Shown here: in pieces, positions 40,502 through 51,497 of the stretch
Numbering within the stretch: position 1 is the stretch's first letter
Layout: each line of letters starts with the position of its first letter
Assembly (NCBI GenBank): GCA_965218585.1
Contig: CBDCLE010000009.1
Span: 64,001-128,000, forward strand
DNA: 64,000 nt
Origin: Terriglobia bacterium
GTDB taxonomy: Bacteria; Acidobacteriota; Terriglobia; 20CM-2-55-15
Direction of reading: 5' to 3'
Notes under the pieces: model-generated
Databases searched by the model: none
What the model was told of the DNA's origin: nothing
The model's input: the letters and a program-made list of their open reading frames with translations, nothing else
Position numbers and translations under genes: made by a program

Positions 40502-42580
40502 ATGTCGTTTTTGAACCCCTTATTTTTCATCGGTTCGCTTGTTCTGGCAGTTCCGATCCTTGTCCACCTGGTCAAGAGGGACAAGTCCGAAATTGTTCGC
40601 TTCAGTTCGTTGATGTTTCTGCTTCGAATTCCCAAGAAGGCGATTCGTCAACAAAAATTGAGGAACCTGTTGCTGATGGCGATGCGATTGTTGCTGATCG
40701 CGTTTCTCGTCGGCGCGTTCGCGCGTCCCTACCTTGTGCGTTCTGATGACGCTCTTGTTCCCGAGAGCGGGGATCAAGCCGTCGTCCTGTTGCTGGACAA
40801 TTCCTACAGCATGACCTACGGGACCAATTTCGAGCGCATGAAAGACGAGGCCATCAACCGGATCAACGCCCTCGCACCGGGAGAGCCTGCGGCAATCGTG
40901 TCCTTCAGCGACCGCGCTACGCTGCTGGCAAGTGCCACCGATGATCCGGTCGAGCTGAGGGCGTTGGTGGATGCCCTGGAGCCGACGTCCAACCGGACCA
41001 GCTACTATGAGGCGTTTACTCTGGCCGATCGGGTCCTGGCGCAATTGGCCGGGTTCGACCGTGAGTTGGTCGTCATATCGGACTTTCAGCGGAACGGTTG
41101 GAACCGGACATCACGTGAGAGCGTCATAGATGCGGATGTGAGGACCGAATTGGTCGATCTTGGGGTCGAGAATCCAGACAACGTCGGTATAGACAGCGTG
41201 GGTGTGGACTCCACGGTTTTCTCCCGGACGTACGAAGGGCAGCTGATGGCTCGAGTCAATAACCATGATCTGGCCAGGCCAGCAACCGTCAGCGTCGTTC
41301 TGGAAATCGACGATCGCGTCGTTGATCGCAGGGATGTGGCGATTCCCGCGGATTCGTCCGTACTGGCCGAATTTACAGGTTTTGATCTCCCGATGGGGTA
41401 TTCGCGGGGACGCGTCGAGATCGAAGATCCCGACCAGCTGGCCAGTGACAACAATTTTCGATTTGTGATTCTCCGACGGGACCGTCTGCGCGTGCTCATC
41501 GCTGACGCCGGCCGTTCCGAGCAGAGCTTCTTCCTGGAGCAGGCCTTTAATTCGGCGCCTGATCTTCCGTTTGAAATCGAGATTCGCCAGGCGAACAGCG
41601 TAACGCCTGCCGAACTCGAGAATTTTGAGGTCATCATTATCAACGACGTGCCTCAGTTGTCGGATGCAGTGACCGACAAGCTCGACGAGTTGCGCCGGAC
41701 CGAAGGTCAGGGACAACTCGTTTTTCTCGGAGAGAACGCGAACGTCGATTGGTGGAACACATACGCTTCGATGCCGGTAACTCTGGGGCCAAAGATTTTT
41801 GTCGAAAGTGATCGAGATCAGGCGTTCTATTCGCTGACCGATTACGAGAGAAGCCACGACGTCTTTTCTCCCCTGGAGGAAGGTGCCCGTTTGACGCTCA
41901 ACTCGGCCCGGTTCTTCGCTTTTTCCCAGATCGAACCGAAAGAGGGCGCGGTGGTCGCGGCCCAGTTTGAAGACGGGTCGTCGGCTATCGTGGATTCGAG
42001 TGTAGAGGATCCCGGATTGCTGGTCGTCGGCTCACCGGTTGACAACGTATGGAACGACCTCCCCCTGAACGTGTCGTTCCTGCCCCTCGTTCATGAAATG
42101 GTCCGGTATCTGGCGCGTTACAGCGACAGCAGTGCCTGGTACCAGTTGGGTGAGGCCGTCCCTGTAGTTGTTGGAGAGCAGGAAGACGTCGCGCTGATCG
42201 ATCCCAACGGCGACCGGATTACCCTGGCGGAAACGTCCACGACGGGTCGGAGGTTTTTTACTCCCGATCTGGCCGGATTTCATGAACTCCGCGTTGGACC
42301 GGAAACGACCCGCATAGCCGTGAATGCGCCGGCGAGTGAAAGCCTTTTGGAGCGTATGTTTCCAGACGATTTGATGGCCAGCGTACAACGTCTGGAAGGT
42401 GAGGTGAGTCGGGGAGCTTTGCTTGCCGAGGTCGATGGGAACGACTACGCCGAACGCCAGAATCTGTGGTGGTACCTTTTCTTGTTTGCACTTTTGTTGG
42501 GAATAGGTGAAATTTACGTAGGGAACCGTGTCACTGAAACCGTGAGCCAGCGATCTCCTGCTGCCAACGAAACCTCCTGA
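40502..42580 (+). CDS. BatA/VWA domain membrane protein
   Basis: MSFLNP..PILVHL, FARP, DNSYSM, ISDFQ. Confidence 0.85.
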   Translation: MSFLNPLFFIGSLVLAVPILVHLVKRDKSEIVRFSSLMFLLRIPKKAIRQQKLRNLLLMAMRLLLIAFLVGAFARPYLVRSDDALVPESGDQAVVLLLDNSYSMTYGTNFERMKDEAINRINALAPGEPAAIVSFSDRATLLASATDDPVELRALVDALEPTSNRTSYYEAFTLADRVLAQLAGFDRELVVISDFQRNGWNRTSRESVIDADVRTELVDLGVENPDNVGIDSVGVDSTVFSRTYEGQLMARVNNHDLARPATVSVVLEIDDRVVDRRDVAIPADSSVLAEFTGFDLPMGYSRGRVEIEDPDQLASDNNFRFVILRRDRLRVLIADAGRSEQSFFLEQAFNSAPDLPFEIEIRQANSVTPAELENFEVIIINDVPQLSDAVTDKLDELRRTEGQGQLVFLGENANVDWWNTYASMPVTLGPKIFVESDRDQAFYSLTDYERSHDVFSPLEEGARLTLNSARFFAFSQIEPKEGAVVAAQFEDGSSAIVDSSVEDPGLLVVGSPVDNVWNDLPLNVSFLPLVHEMVRYLARYSDSSAWYQLGEAVPVVVGEQEDVALIDPNGDRITLAETSTTGRRFFTPDLAGFHELRVGPETTRIAVNAPASESLLERMFPDDLMASVQRLEGEVSRGALLAEVDGNDYAERQNLWWYLFLFALLLGIGEIYVGNRVTETVSQRSPAANETS

Positions 42581-42636
42581 GTGTCTGTGGCATGGAGAGT
42601 AATAGCGACGTCGGACCTTAAATAGAAGGAGCCGTA

Positions 42637-45600
42637 ATGGAACCGAGACGAGAACTGTCACGAAGAATCCGAAGAGTCCGCCACCGATGGAATCAGTTCG
42701 TCTGGTTCAAGGGGCTGGCCTGGGTCCTGGGAGTCGGCATTGCTGCGCTCGTCGTGAGCATGAGTATCGCTGAGTCCACCGGGATACCTGCGTGGGTCGT
42801 CGTTGTGTTGCGCTTTGCGCTCCTCGGAACGCTTATCGGAACGGCGGTGAAGATGCTGATTCTTCCGCTCGGCCGAAAGCCTGATGACGTGCAGTTGGCT
42901 CGTTTCGTCGAAGAAAAGAATCCCGGGCTTGAGGACCGCCTGGTGAGTGCGGTCGAAGTCGTGAACAAACCCGATTCCGACAGGGGACCGTTCCGTTTTC
43001 TGTTGATTCGCGATGCCGTAGAGGCGACCCGGCGTATCCGCTTTGATGACCTCGTCAACCGGAACAAATTCAATGTTCTTGCATCGTTGACAGTAGTCTT
43101 TGCACTGGCTCTGATCATCTCACTGTATTTCGCCGGGACTTTCTTCCCGTACGGCAGCGCCCGGCTGTTCGCCGGTTTCATCGAACCTCCACCAGGTCCA
43201 GACTACTCGATTGAGGTGACTCCTGGAGATACGACTGTTCCCCGGGGGAGCGATGTGGTTCTCGAAGCGATTGCCCTCGGCTTTGACCCCGAGCGTGCGG
43301 AAGTTCATCTGCGTTACGACAACAGTTCGCAGTGGGAAATCTCCACGATGGATGTTGCACCTGAGATTGTCCCGACCTTCCGTCGGCTTCTGTTCAACCT
43401 GCAGGAACCCGTCCGCTATTACGTGCAGGCTGGAGGCTTTCAGTCAGCCGAATTCGTGATCTCGGTTGCCGACCTGCCTCGGGTGGAGAGCATCGACTAC
43501 ACCTACAACTATCCCGCATACACGCGCCTCAGTGCCCGCACTGAACAAGACGCGCTCGACATCGTTGCTTTAAGGGGGACACGCGTAGAGGTTACGGTCC
43601 ATGCGAGCCAGGAATTGAGGAGTGGTCGTCTCATTTTTGCGGACGGTGTAGAAGTGGACCTCACACCTGGAGAAGGACAGATTGCGACCACCGAGCTTAT
43701 TGTCGACCGTACGACAACGTTCCGGGTTGAACTGGAGAATACGGCCGGTGCGGAGTATCTGAGCCTGTCTGAGTATGCAATGGAAGCGCTCGATGATCAG
43801 AAACCCCTCGTCCAGTTTACCGAGCCGGGGCGTGACTACAGGGCGTCCACGGTCGAAGAAATCTTCACGGAACTGGAGGCCGAGGACGATCTGGGTATCG
43901 AAACGCTTGACATCATTTTTGCTGTGAACGGCGGGGAGGAACAGAGCATCGATTTGTTCGCCAATAACGGCACCGCGCCCAAAGAGATATCGGGCAGTTA
44001 CACGTTCTTCCTGGAGGAGTACGAAATTCAGCCAGGTGATTTCATTACGTATTACGGCAAGGCAGTGGATTCGAACCGGCCGTCAAATGAAGTCCTGACC
44101 GACATCTACTTCATTGAAGTCCGTCCCTTTGGCATGGAGTATTTCCAGGGCCAGCAGGGCGGCGGCGGTGGTGGTGGTGGAGGCGGCGGTGATGATTCTG
44201 CTGCCGCGTTGTCCAACCGCCAGAAGGAAATTATTGCTGCGACGTTCAGACTCATCCGTGACGAAGAGAGTTATGGTGCGGGAGAGTACTCCGACAATAT
44301 CCAGGCCGTAGCCGAAAACCAGAGCACACTTGCCGAACAGACCCAGACGCTGATGGGACGTCTCACGGCGCGCGGGTTGGCTATGGACGAGCAGATTGGT
44401 CAGTTGACCGCGAATCTCGAGCTGGCACTGGAACAGATGGGTCCGGCTGCCCAGCAGTTGAGCGACGAGAACCTGAAAGAGGCGCAACCCTTCGAGCAGA
44501 AGTCACTCCAATACCTGATGCGTGCCGAAGCCCTGTTCAATCAGGTTCAAGTCACGATGGGAGGCGGCGGTGGCGGAGGCGGTGGAGGTGCCCAGAACGC
44601 CGAAGATCTGGCCGACCTTTTCGACCTCGAACTGGATCAGAACACGAATCAGTACGAAACGCTGGAGCGCGATGAAGGTTCCCAGGGTGGCAGCCAGGAA
44701 ATGGATGAAGCCCTTGAAAAACTCAAGGAACTGGCCGAGCGCCGGCAGCGGATGATGGAGCAGCAGCGTCAGCAGGCCCTTTCCGGCAACGGAGGAGGGG
44801 GTGGCAGTCAGCAGATGACGGCCGACGAGATCCGGCGGGAAACAGAGCGGCTGGCACGTCAACTGGACCGGCTCTCCCGCGAAAACAACGATCCGCAGAT
44901 GGCCGAAGTAGGCCGGGCCCTGGAACAGGCTGCGCGCAACATGCGGCAGGCTCAGAACGGCACGAGCCAACAGCAACAGCAGGCTTCAGAAGAGGCGATG
45001 GAAGAACTCCAGCGTGCTGAAAACCTGCTCTCGGGCGCCCAGGGGGGCACTCTGGAGGAGCGGCTGGCGAACCTGCAGCGTCAGGCTGGAGATCTGGCCG
45101 ACGATCAGCGGCAAATTTCGGATCAGACCGAGCGCCTGGCTGCCGATCCTGACAACGACACCGCGCGTAGAGCGGCGCAAATCACTGAACAGAAAGTCGA
45201 AGCTGTCGAGGACTTACGGGATCTTCAGGACGGACTCGACGCCTTACAGGGCACTCCTTCGAGCCAGGAGACAGCGCGGCAAATCCGTGGCGCCGCCAAC
45301 GCCATCCGGTCCGACCGTCTGGTCGACAAGATGAACAACGGTCAGGAGCTTCTTGATAGCGGGTACTACGACTTTGCGGCCCAGAGGGAAGAGGAGGTGG
45401 CCGATGCGATCGACGACATCGCGCGTCAGCTGAATCAGGCCGCTGCGAGCGCAGCCAACACCGAAGAAAGACAGGTTCAGAACGCACTGAATCAGACGAG
45501 CGAAGCGATCCGGCGTCTGGAGTCGATGCAACGCCGTTTTGAGAACGAACAGAATCAGCAGGGTCAGCAAGGTCAACAGAGCCAAGAAGGCCAGCAAGGT

Positions 45601-46101
45601 CAACAGGGCCAACAGGGACAGCAAGGCCAACAGGGTCAACAAGGCCAGCAGGGCCAGGGTGGTCAGCAGGGTCAACAGGCCGGCAACGGATTTGGCGGAC
45701 CCAACGATGGTTTTGGATCTCGTCTGGGTGGCTTTGGAAACCGCAACCTGAGCCCCGACGACATCCGTCAGTTGACTCGCGAATGGGAGCAGCGGCTTCA
45801 GGATGTCGAAGACATTCGGAACCTCCTGGGTGCGGGTAATCCGTTGGAGGAAGATCTCAACAGGATCATGAACGCTATCCGCGGGAGAATGGACGGCAAC
45901 CCGGCCGGGCTCGCCGAAATAGAGGCGCTGGTCAATGAAATCATTTTGCCGTTCCGCTCGGTGGAACTCGAACTGAGTCGGGAACTCCAACTTTTGATCG
46001 GACGTGAAAATATTCGTTCGGCGCAGGAAGACGAGATTCCGGCGAGCTACCGCCGGCTTGTGGAGGAGTACTACGAGCGACTGGGGAGCGAGAGCGATTA
46101 G
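42637..46101 (+). CDS. Large membrane-anchored coiled-coil protein (DUF4175-like) with Gly runs and QQG repeats
   Basis: N-terminal TMs, EAEDDLG, C-terminal IPASYRRLVEEYY. Confidence 0.75.
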   Translation: MEPRRELSRRIRRVRHRWNQFVWFKGLAWVLGVGIAALVVSMSIAESTGIPAWVVVVLRFALLGTLIGTAVKMLILPLGRKPDDVQLARFVEEKNPGLEDRLVSAVEVVNKPDSDRGPFRFLLIRDAVEATRRIRFDDLVNRNKFNVLASLTVVFALALIISLYFAGTFFPYGSARLFAGFIEPPPGPDYSIEVTPGDTTVPRGSDVVLEAIALGFDPERAEVHLRYDNSSQWEISTMDVAPEIVPTFRRLLFNLQEPVRYYVQAGGFQSAEFVISVADLPRVESIDYTYNYPAYTRLSARTEQDALDIVALRGTRVEVTVHASQELRSGRLIFADGVEVDLTPGEGQIATTELIVDRTTTFRVELENTAGAEYLSLSEYAMEALDDQKPLVQFTEPGRDYRASTVEEIFTELEAEDDLGIETLDIIFAVNGGEEQSIDLFANNGTAPKEISGSYTFFLEEYEIQPGDFITYYGKAVDSNRPSNEVLTDIYFIEVRPFGMEYFQGQQGGGGGGGGGGGDDSAAALSNRQKEIIAATFRLIRDEESYGAGEYSDNIQAVAENQSTLAEQTQTLMGRLTARGLAMDEQIGQLTANLELALEQMGPAAQQLSDENLKEAQPFEQKSLQYLMRAEALFNQVQVTMGGGGGGGGGGAQNAEDLADLFDLELDQNTNQYETLERDEGSQGGSQEMDEALEKLKELAERRQRMMEQQRQQALSGNGGGGGSQQMTADEIRRETERLARQLDRLSRENNDPQMAEVGRALEQAARNMRQAQNGTSQQQQQASEEAMEELQRAENLLSGAQGGTLEERLANLQRQAGDLADDQRQISDQTERLAADPDNDTARRAAQITEQKVEAVEDLRDLQDGLDALQGTPSSQETARQIRGAANAIRSDRLVDKMNNGQELLDSGYYDFAAQREEEVADAIDDIARQLNQAAASAANTEERQVQNALNQTSEAIRRLESMQRRFENEQNQQGQQGQQSQEGQQGQQGQQGQQGQQGQQGQQGQGGQQGQQAGNGFGGPNDGFGSRLGGFGNRNLSPDDIRQLTREWEQRLQDVEDIRNLLGAGNPLEEDLNRIMNAIRGRMDGNPAGLAEIEALVNEIILPFRSVELELSRELQLLIGRENIRSAQEDEIPASYRRLVEEYYERLGSESD

Positions 46102-46131
46102 GGAATACGCCCTTAAGTTGTAAGCGAGAGT

Positions 46132-46161
46132 AGCGGCGGTCTTCGGGCCGCCGCTTTTTTT
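46132..46161 (+). terminator. Rho-independent terminator
   Basis: AGCGGCGGT-CTTCGG-GCCGCCGCT followed by a T-run. Confidence 0.85.
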
Positions 46162-46370
46162 GTTGTTTAGGGCCCTAGTATCGAAAGTCTCAATCCTGGG
46201 CGTAAGATTACGCTCGGTCGTTCATTCAGACATCCTGTCTGAACGACCGGCGAGCTCGCGATCTTCCTGATCGCAAGCCCTTTTTGGGAAAGACGGAATA
46301 CGACACGTTCTTCCTGTAGGTGCGCTCTGTGAGCGCACCTCTCCTTTTTGGAATCCGAAAATGTTCGAGA

Positions 46371-47645
46371 CTAGATACGCCCAGAGTAAAGCGGAAATCG
46401 CTTGCACAGCGCCGACACTGATTGGCGCACTCCAGTTATAGTCGCTTCGTCTTCGATGTTCTCCAGCACGTCCGCAATCCAGTCACCGATCTCAGCCATT
46501 TCAGTTTCCCCCATCCCACGAGTCGTCACGGCCGGCGTCCCTACGCGGATACCACTGGGCTTCATGGGCGGGTTCGTGTCAAACGGGATCGCGTTCTTGT
46601 TGACGGTAATCCCCGCGCGCTCCAGGGCAGTTTCAGCCTGGCTCCCATCGATACCCTTGGAAAAGACGTCCACCAGCATCAGATGTGTGTCGGTTCCTCC
46701 TGAAGCCAGCCGGAAACCGCGCCCTGCGATCGTTTCGGACAGGGCCTTTGCATTGGAGACGACCTGGGCTGTGTAAGTCTTGAATTCTTCGGTCGCCGCT
46801 TCCTTGAAACAGGTAGCCTTTGCCGCAATCACGTGAACCAGGGGGCCTCCCTGCATTTCGGGGAAGACAGATCGGTTGACATCCTTTCGATATTCTTCCC
46901 GGCACATGATGAAACCACTCCGCGGCCCTCGCAGGGTCTTGTGCGTCGTGCTGGTGACGAAATCGCAATGCGGGACCGGGTTCGGATGCTGGCCCCCGGC
47001 GACAAGGCCCGCAATGTGGGCCATGTCGGCCATGAGCAGGGAACCGTTCTCGCGCGCGATCTTGCCGAATCGCTCGAAATCGAGCGTGCGGGGGTAGGCA
47101 CTCGCCCCGACAACGATGAGTCTTGGTTTATGCTCGGCCGCGAGCTTGGCTACCTCATCGTAATCGATCGTCTCGGCGTCCTTGCTGACACCGTAGGAAA
47201 CGATGTTGTAGTACTTGCCCGAAAAATTAAGAGGGTGTCCATGGGTCAGATGCCCACCATGCGACAAGTTCATTCCGAGGACCGTGTCTCCGGGTTTAAG
47301 GACGGTGAGGTACACGGCCATGTTAGCCTGACTTCCCGAGTGTGGCTGAACGTTTACGTGTTCGGCTCCGAAGATCTCTTTTGCCCGCTCGATGGCCAGG
47401 CGCTCCACGACATCGGCGAATTCGCAGCCTCCGTAATACCGCCTGCCGGGGTAACCTTCAGCGTACTTGTTTGTGAAAACAGAGCCAGTGGCTTCGAGCA
47501 CGGCTTCGTAAGTGAAGTTCTCCGATGCGATCAGTTCCACGCAGTCCGCCTGCCGCTGTTCTTCGTTTTTGATGGCCTTGTAAATCTCTGGATCTAAATC
47601 TCTTAAGGGTACTTCAATCATTCCCGATGCTACCTCATGTGTCAT
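46371..47645 (-). CDS. glyA: Serine hydroxymethyltransferase
   Basis: [32 protein letters not shown]. Confidence 0.97.
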   Translation of the reverse strand: MTHEVASGMIEVPLRDLDPEIYKAIKNEEQRQADCVELIASENFTYEAVLEATGSVFTNKYAEGYPGRRYYGGCEFADVVERLAIERAKEIFGAEHVNVQPHSGSQANMAVYLTVLKPGDTVLGMNLSHGGHLTHGHPLNFSGKYYNIVSYGVSKDAETIDYDEVAKLAAEHKPRLIVVGASAYPRTLDFERFGKIARENGSLLMADMAHIAGLVAGGQHPNPVPHCDFVTSTTHKTLRGPRSGFIMCREEYRKDVNRSVFPEMQGGPLVHVIAAKATCFKEAATEEFKTYTAQVVSNAKALSETIAGRGFRLASGGTDTHLMLVDVFSKGIDGSQAETALERAGITVNKNAIPFDTNPPMKPSGIRVGTPAVTTRGMGETEMAEIGDWIADVLENIEDEATITGVRQSVSALCKRFPLYSGRI

Positions 47646-47703
47646 TCGATTCTCCGGCGGACTCCGCCGGTCACTCTAACATGCTGTGCTATAATTCCGC
47701 ACC

Positions 47704-48069
47704 ATGTTTGGCCTCCTTCCCCGAGGCACTGCCTACATCCTCCTCCTGGCAATCGTCGTTTTTGCCGGAGTCCAGTACGGTCCTATCTATTACAGCGCGT
47801 GGCAGTTTTATGATGCGATCCGTCAGGAAGTCCGTTTTGCCGGAACGAGCAGGCGCACTGTCAGTTTCGTTCACGAGTCAATCATGCAACTTGCCCAGGA
47901 ACATGCGGAGCCTGTCCTCGAAGACGATGTGGATGTGAGCGTCGAAGTCACCCGAGATGGGCCTTTCTTCATCGTCGAGGTGTACTACCTGGTTCCCGTG
48001 GATTTGCGGGTGTTCCAGGACGAGGTCGAATTCGATTGGCGCCTGTCGGGCGAGACCTTCGCGGAATGA
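47704..48069 (+). CDS. Hypothetical membrane-anchored protein
   Basis: N-terminal TM; overlaps the moeA start (ATGA). Confidence 0.6.
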   Translation: MFGLLPRGTAYILLLAIVVFAGVQYGPIYYSAWQFYDAIRQEVRFAGTSRRTVSFVHESIMQLAQEHAEPVLEDDVDVSVEVTRDGPFFIVEVYYLVPVDLRVFQDEVEFDWRLSGETFAE

Positions 48070-49292
48070 TTTCTATCGAACAAGGATTTCAAATCGTTTC
48101 CGATCGTGTTGAGGCAGAGGTTGGAGACGATTTTATGCCTGCCGAAGATGTGGGTCTCTCCGACAGCATAGGCCGCACACTTCGCAAGGATGTCTTCGCC
48201 GATCTGGATTCTCCTCCCTTTGACCGGTCTATTCGCGACGGATTCGCGGTTATCGCCGAAGATGTTCGAGGCGTTCCCGTTGAACTCGATGTAGTAGGCG
48301 AATCCCGTGCGGGGAGTTCATACGACGGCCCCGTTGGCCCCGGGCAATGTGTTGCGATCATGACAGGGGCGGAAGTTCCTTCGGGCGCCGATGCAGTGGT
48401 TATGGTTGAACACACCGAAAGCGTTTCCCCGCGCCGGGTGCGCGTTCTCAAGGTCGTAAAGGCTGGTCAGAGCATTCAACCAGAGGGCACGGAGTGCAGG
48501 AGAGGGGACCGAATCCTGGAGGCAGGACGCGAAATTCAGGCACCCGAAATCGGTGTGCTCGCTTCAGTCGGCTGTGCTCAGGTGCGGGTTTCGGCAAGAC
48601 CGAGAGTCGCGATTCTGTCCACCGGAGACGAACTCGTCGAAGTGAGTGAGACACCCGGACGGGCTCAGATCCGTAACAGCAACAGCTTCACGTTGTACGC
48701 GCAGGTCCGGGCAGCGGGCGGAGATCCGGAGATGTTAGGCATCGTATCGGACGATGTGGAGGATCTCTCCCGTAGGATCGGGAAGGCTCTGGAACGCGAC
48801 ATCGTCATTACTTCCGGTGGTGTTTCGATGGGAAAGTATGATCTTGTCGAGGGCGTACTCGCCGATCATGGAGTCGACATAGGTTTCGACAAGGTTGCGA
48901 TGAAGCCGGGTAAGCCGACGGTCTTTGGGTCGAAAGGACGGACTTTCGTGTTCGGCCTGCCGGGTAACCCGGTGTCGACGATCGTGTCGTTTCAACTGTT
49001 CGTGCGTCCGTTGATTCGCAGGTTACTGCACCGAAGTGGGGTGGGTGACGAACTGCTTGAAGCGAAGCTGGAGCAGGAAGTCCGCTGCGATCCGGTGCGG
49101 ACCGCGTGTGTTCCGGCGTCTGTCCGGTTTGGTGATGGAGCTTACCGATTGAAGACCGTGCAATGGAAAGGGTCCTCGGATCTGGTGGGGCTGTCCCGCG
49201 CCAACGCTTACGTCCTGATTCCGAAACAGGATGGGTCACTGACGCCGGGATCACGGGTGAGATTCATTCCTATGATTCCGACAGGCAGTTGA
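48066..49292 (+). CDS. moeA: Molybdopterin molybdotransferase
   Basis: PPFDRS..DGFA, IMTGA, STGDEL, SGGVSMG, KPGKP, GLPGNP. Confidence 0.95.
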   Translation: MISIEQGFQIVSDRVEAEVGDDFMPAEDVGLSDSIGRTLRKDVFADLDSPPFDRSIRDGFAVIAEDVRGVPVELDVVGESRAGSSYDGPVGPGQCVAIMTGAEVPSGADAVVMVEHTESVSPRRVRVLKVVKAGQSIQPEGTECRRGDRILEAGREIQAPEIGVLASVGCAQVRVSARPRVAILSTGDELVEVSETPGRAQIRNSNSFTLYAQVRAAGGDPEMLGIVSDDVEDLSRRIGKALERDIVITSGGVSMGKYDLVEGVLADHGVDIGFDKVAMKPGKPTVFGSKGRTFVFGLPGNPVSTIVSFQLFVRPLIRRLLHRSGVGDELLEAKLEQEVRCDPVRTACVPASVRFGDGAYRLKTVQWKGSSDLVGLSRANAYVLIPKQDGSLTPGSRVRFIPMIPTGS

Positions 49293-49298
49293 ATCACT

Positions 49299-49781
49299 AT
49301 GCCGGGAGAATTCAGCCATCTGGACGAAAAAGGCCGTGCGCGAATGGTGGATGTGGGCGGCAAAACGAAGACCGCCCGCTCGGCTCGCGCCGAGGCTCTG
49401 GTTGTCATGAGCGAGGCCTTGCTGGAGCGGCTGCGTTCACGGACTTTACCCAAGGGTGACCCGTTCGAAGTTGTCAGGATCGCGGGCATCCAGGCCGCAA
49501 AGAAGACTTCAGACCTGATACCGCTGTGTCATCCCTTGCCGCTTTCTAAGATCGATGTGGACGTTGAACTCACCGATACCGGTGCCCGTATTGAAGCAAT
49601 GGTTAGCACGACAGCGGAAACCGGAGTCGAGATGGAGGCCCTCGTCGCGGCCTCCGTAGCAGCCCTCGCTCTTTACGACATGTGCAAGGGCGTCGACAAA
49701 GGGATCGAGATCGGCCCGATTCGGCTCCTGGAGAAAAGCGGAGGCAAGAGTGGCGATTGGCGTCGAGGTGAAGAGAAATGA
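49299..49781 (+). CDS. moaC: Cyclic pyranopterin monophosphate synthase
   Basis: [31 protein letters not shown]. Confidence 0.97.
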   Translation: MPGEFSHLDEKGRARMVDVGGKTKTARSARAEALVVMSEALLERLRSRTLPKGDPFEVVRIAGIQAAKKTSDLIPLCHPLPLSKIDVDVELTDTGARIEAMVSTTAETGVEMEALVAASVAALALYDMCKGVDKGIEIGPIRLLEKSGGKSGDWRRGEEK

Positions 49782-50263
49782 GTCTGGGACGTGCAGTTGT
49801 CTTAACGGTCAGTGACCGTGCAGCCGCCGGGAAGCGGAAGGACCTGTCCGGGCCCGAAGCCAAGCGTATTCTCGAGGAGGCGGGGTTTGAAGTCGGCGAT
49901 GTCCGTGTTGTGGCCGATGAGCGTCCTCTGATCGAGGAGAATCTGTTAACGGCGTGTGACGGGGATCAGGTTCGGTTGATCGTTACAACCGGAGGCACCG
50001 GGCTCTCACCGCGGGACGTTACCCCGGAAGCGACGAGGGAGGTGATTGAGCGTGAAGTTCCCGGAATGGCTGAAATGATGCGTGCTGAGGGCCTGAAGAA
50101 AACCGCGCGGGCCGCTCTTTCAAGGGGTGTCGTGGGCGTGCGAGCCTCGACCTTAATCATCAATCTTCCTGGCAGCGTAAAAGGCGTCAAGGAGTCGCTG
50201 GTCGCGGTGGTCCCGATACTGGGGCATGCGGTGGAAGTGCTGGTAAATCCTTCACCGCATTGA
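49778..50263 (+). CDS. mogA: Molybdopterin adenylyltransferase (MogA/MoaB)
   Basis: [24 protein letters not shown]. Confidence 0.9.
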   Translation: MSLGRAVVLTVSDRAAAGKRKDLSGPEAKRILEEAGFEVGDVRVVADERPLIEENLLTACDGDQVRLIVTTGGTGLSPRDVTPEATREVIEREVPGMAEMMRAEGLKKTARAALSRGVVGVRASTLIINLPGSVKGVKESLVAVVPILGHAVEVLVNPSPH

Positions 50264-50517
50264 GGGGAGTAGGGGGCCTAGCTTTTCGCGGAAGATTTCG
50301 CTCCCTCATTCAATCGGACATCCTGTCCGAATGAGGGGCGACGCTCGCGATCTTCCTGATCGCAAGCCCTTTTTTCGGAAAGGAAGGAACGTTGCGGCGT
50401 TTCTCCTGTAGGTGCGCTCTATGAGCGCACAGACCCAGCAAATTCGAGACGTCTGCCGTCATAGACCTCACCTACAGTTGAGAAGCCGGCAGGTATCGTT
50501 TATCCTACCCAGTCATC

Positions 50518-50886
50518 ATGTCTGGGAGCCAACTGCCAAATTACATTCCGATCTTCCTGTTCTTCGGGGTCGCCTTTCTGTTTCCGGTCGTTACTCTGCT
50601 GATCGCGAAACTGGTTCGCCCCCAGACCGGCGGTGCGGGAAAACTCAGCCCTTATGAGTGTGGTGTGGATCCGGAGGGCGATGCCCGGGATCGGTATGCG
50701 ATCCGCTATTATCTGGTCGCGATCTTGTTTGTAATCTTTGACGTGGAAACGATCTTCCTGTTTCCGTGGGCCATTATTTACGATGAATTAGCGTTGTTCG
50801 GTTTGATCGAGATGTGCGTATTTCTGGGAATACTGATCGTCGGATACATCTGGATCGTGAAAAAGGGCGCGATCGAGTGGGCATAG
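50518..50886 (+). CDS. nuoA: NADH-quinone oxidoreductase subunit A
   Basis: [16 protein letters not shown]. Confidence 0.95.
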   Translation: MSGSQLPNYIPIFLFFGVAFLFPVVTLLIAKLVRPQTGGAGKLSPYECGVDPEGDARDRYAIRYYLVAILFVIFDVETIFLFPWAIIYDELALFGLIEMCVFLGILIVGYIWIVKKGAIEWA

Positions 50887-50896
50887 GGAGAAGGCA

Positions 50897-51466
50897 ATGG
50901 CCTGGATAGAGAATCGTTTCGAACAGAATATCGTAACGACGACGGTAGATGCCGTCTTTAACTGGGCCCGTAAGTCGGCTCTCTGGCCGATGACGTTCGG
51001 ACTCGCCTGCTGTGCGATCGAGATGATGGCAACGGGCGCGTCGCGTTTCGACATGGATCGTTTTGGTGCGGGCATCTTCCGCCCCAGCCCACGGCAGTCG
51101 GACCTGATGATTGTTGCCGGTACGGTTACGCTCAAGATGGCCCCGGTTGTTCGGCGCGTTTATGATCAGATGCCTGATCCCAAGTGGGTCATTTCCATGG
51201 GCGCGTGCTCGAACGTGGGTGGACCGTTCGATACGTATTCGGTATTGCAGGGTGTGGACCATGTGGTCCCCGTGGACGTATACGTTCCCGGTTGTCCTCC
51301 GCGTCCCGAGGCCCTGCTTTACGGTTTGATGCGGCTGCAGGACAAGATCGACCGCATGACGATCGCGAAGAGACCGACTGACGCCCGGTTGGACGAGATC
51401 AAGGACGACGCGCGGATTTCTCAGGCGGCACTTGCCGAGATGGACCGGATCAAGTTGAAGATCTAG
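50897..51466 (+). CDS. nuoB: NADH-quinone oxidoreductase subunit B
   Basis: [22 protein letters not shown]. Confidence 0.97.
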   Translation: MAWIENRFEQNIVTTTVDAVFNWARKSALWPMTFGLACCAIEMMATGASRFDMDRFGAGIFRPSPRQSDLMIVAGTVTLKMAPVVRRVYDQMPDPKWVISMGACSNVGGPFDTYSVLQGVDHVVPVDVYVPGCPPRPEALLYGLMRLQDKIDRMTIAKRPTDARLDEIKDDARISQAALAEMDRIKLKI

Positions 51467-51497
51467 CTCGAAGCTGACAGCTGATGGCTGACAGCTA

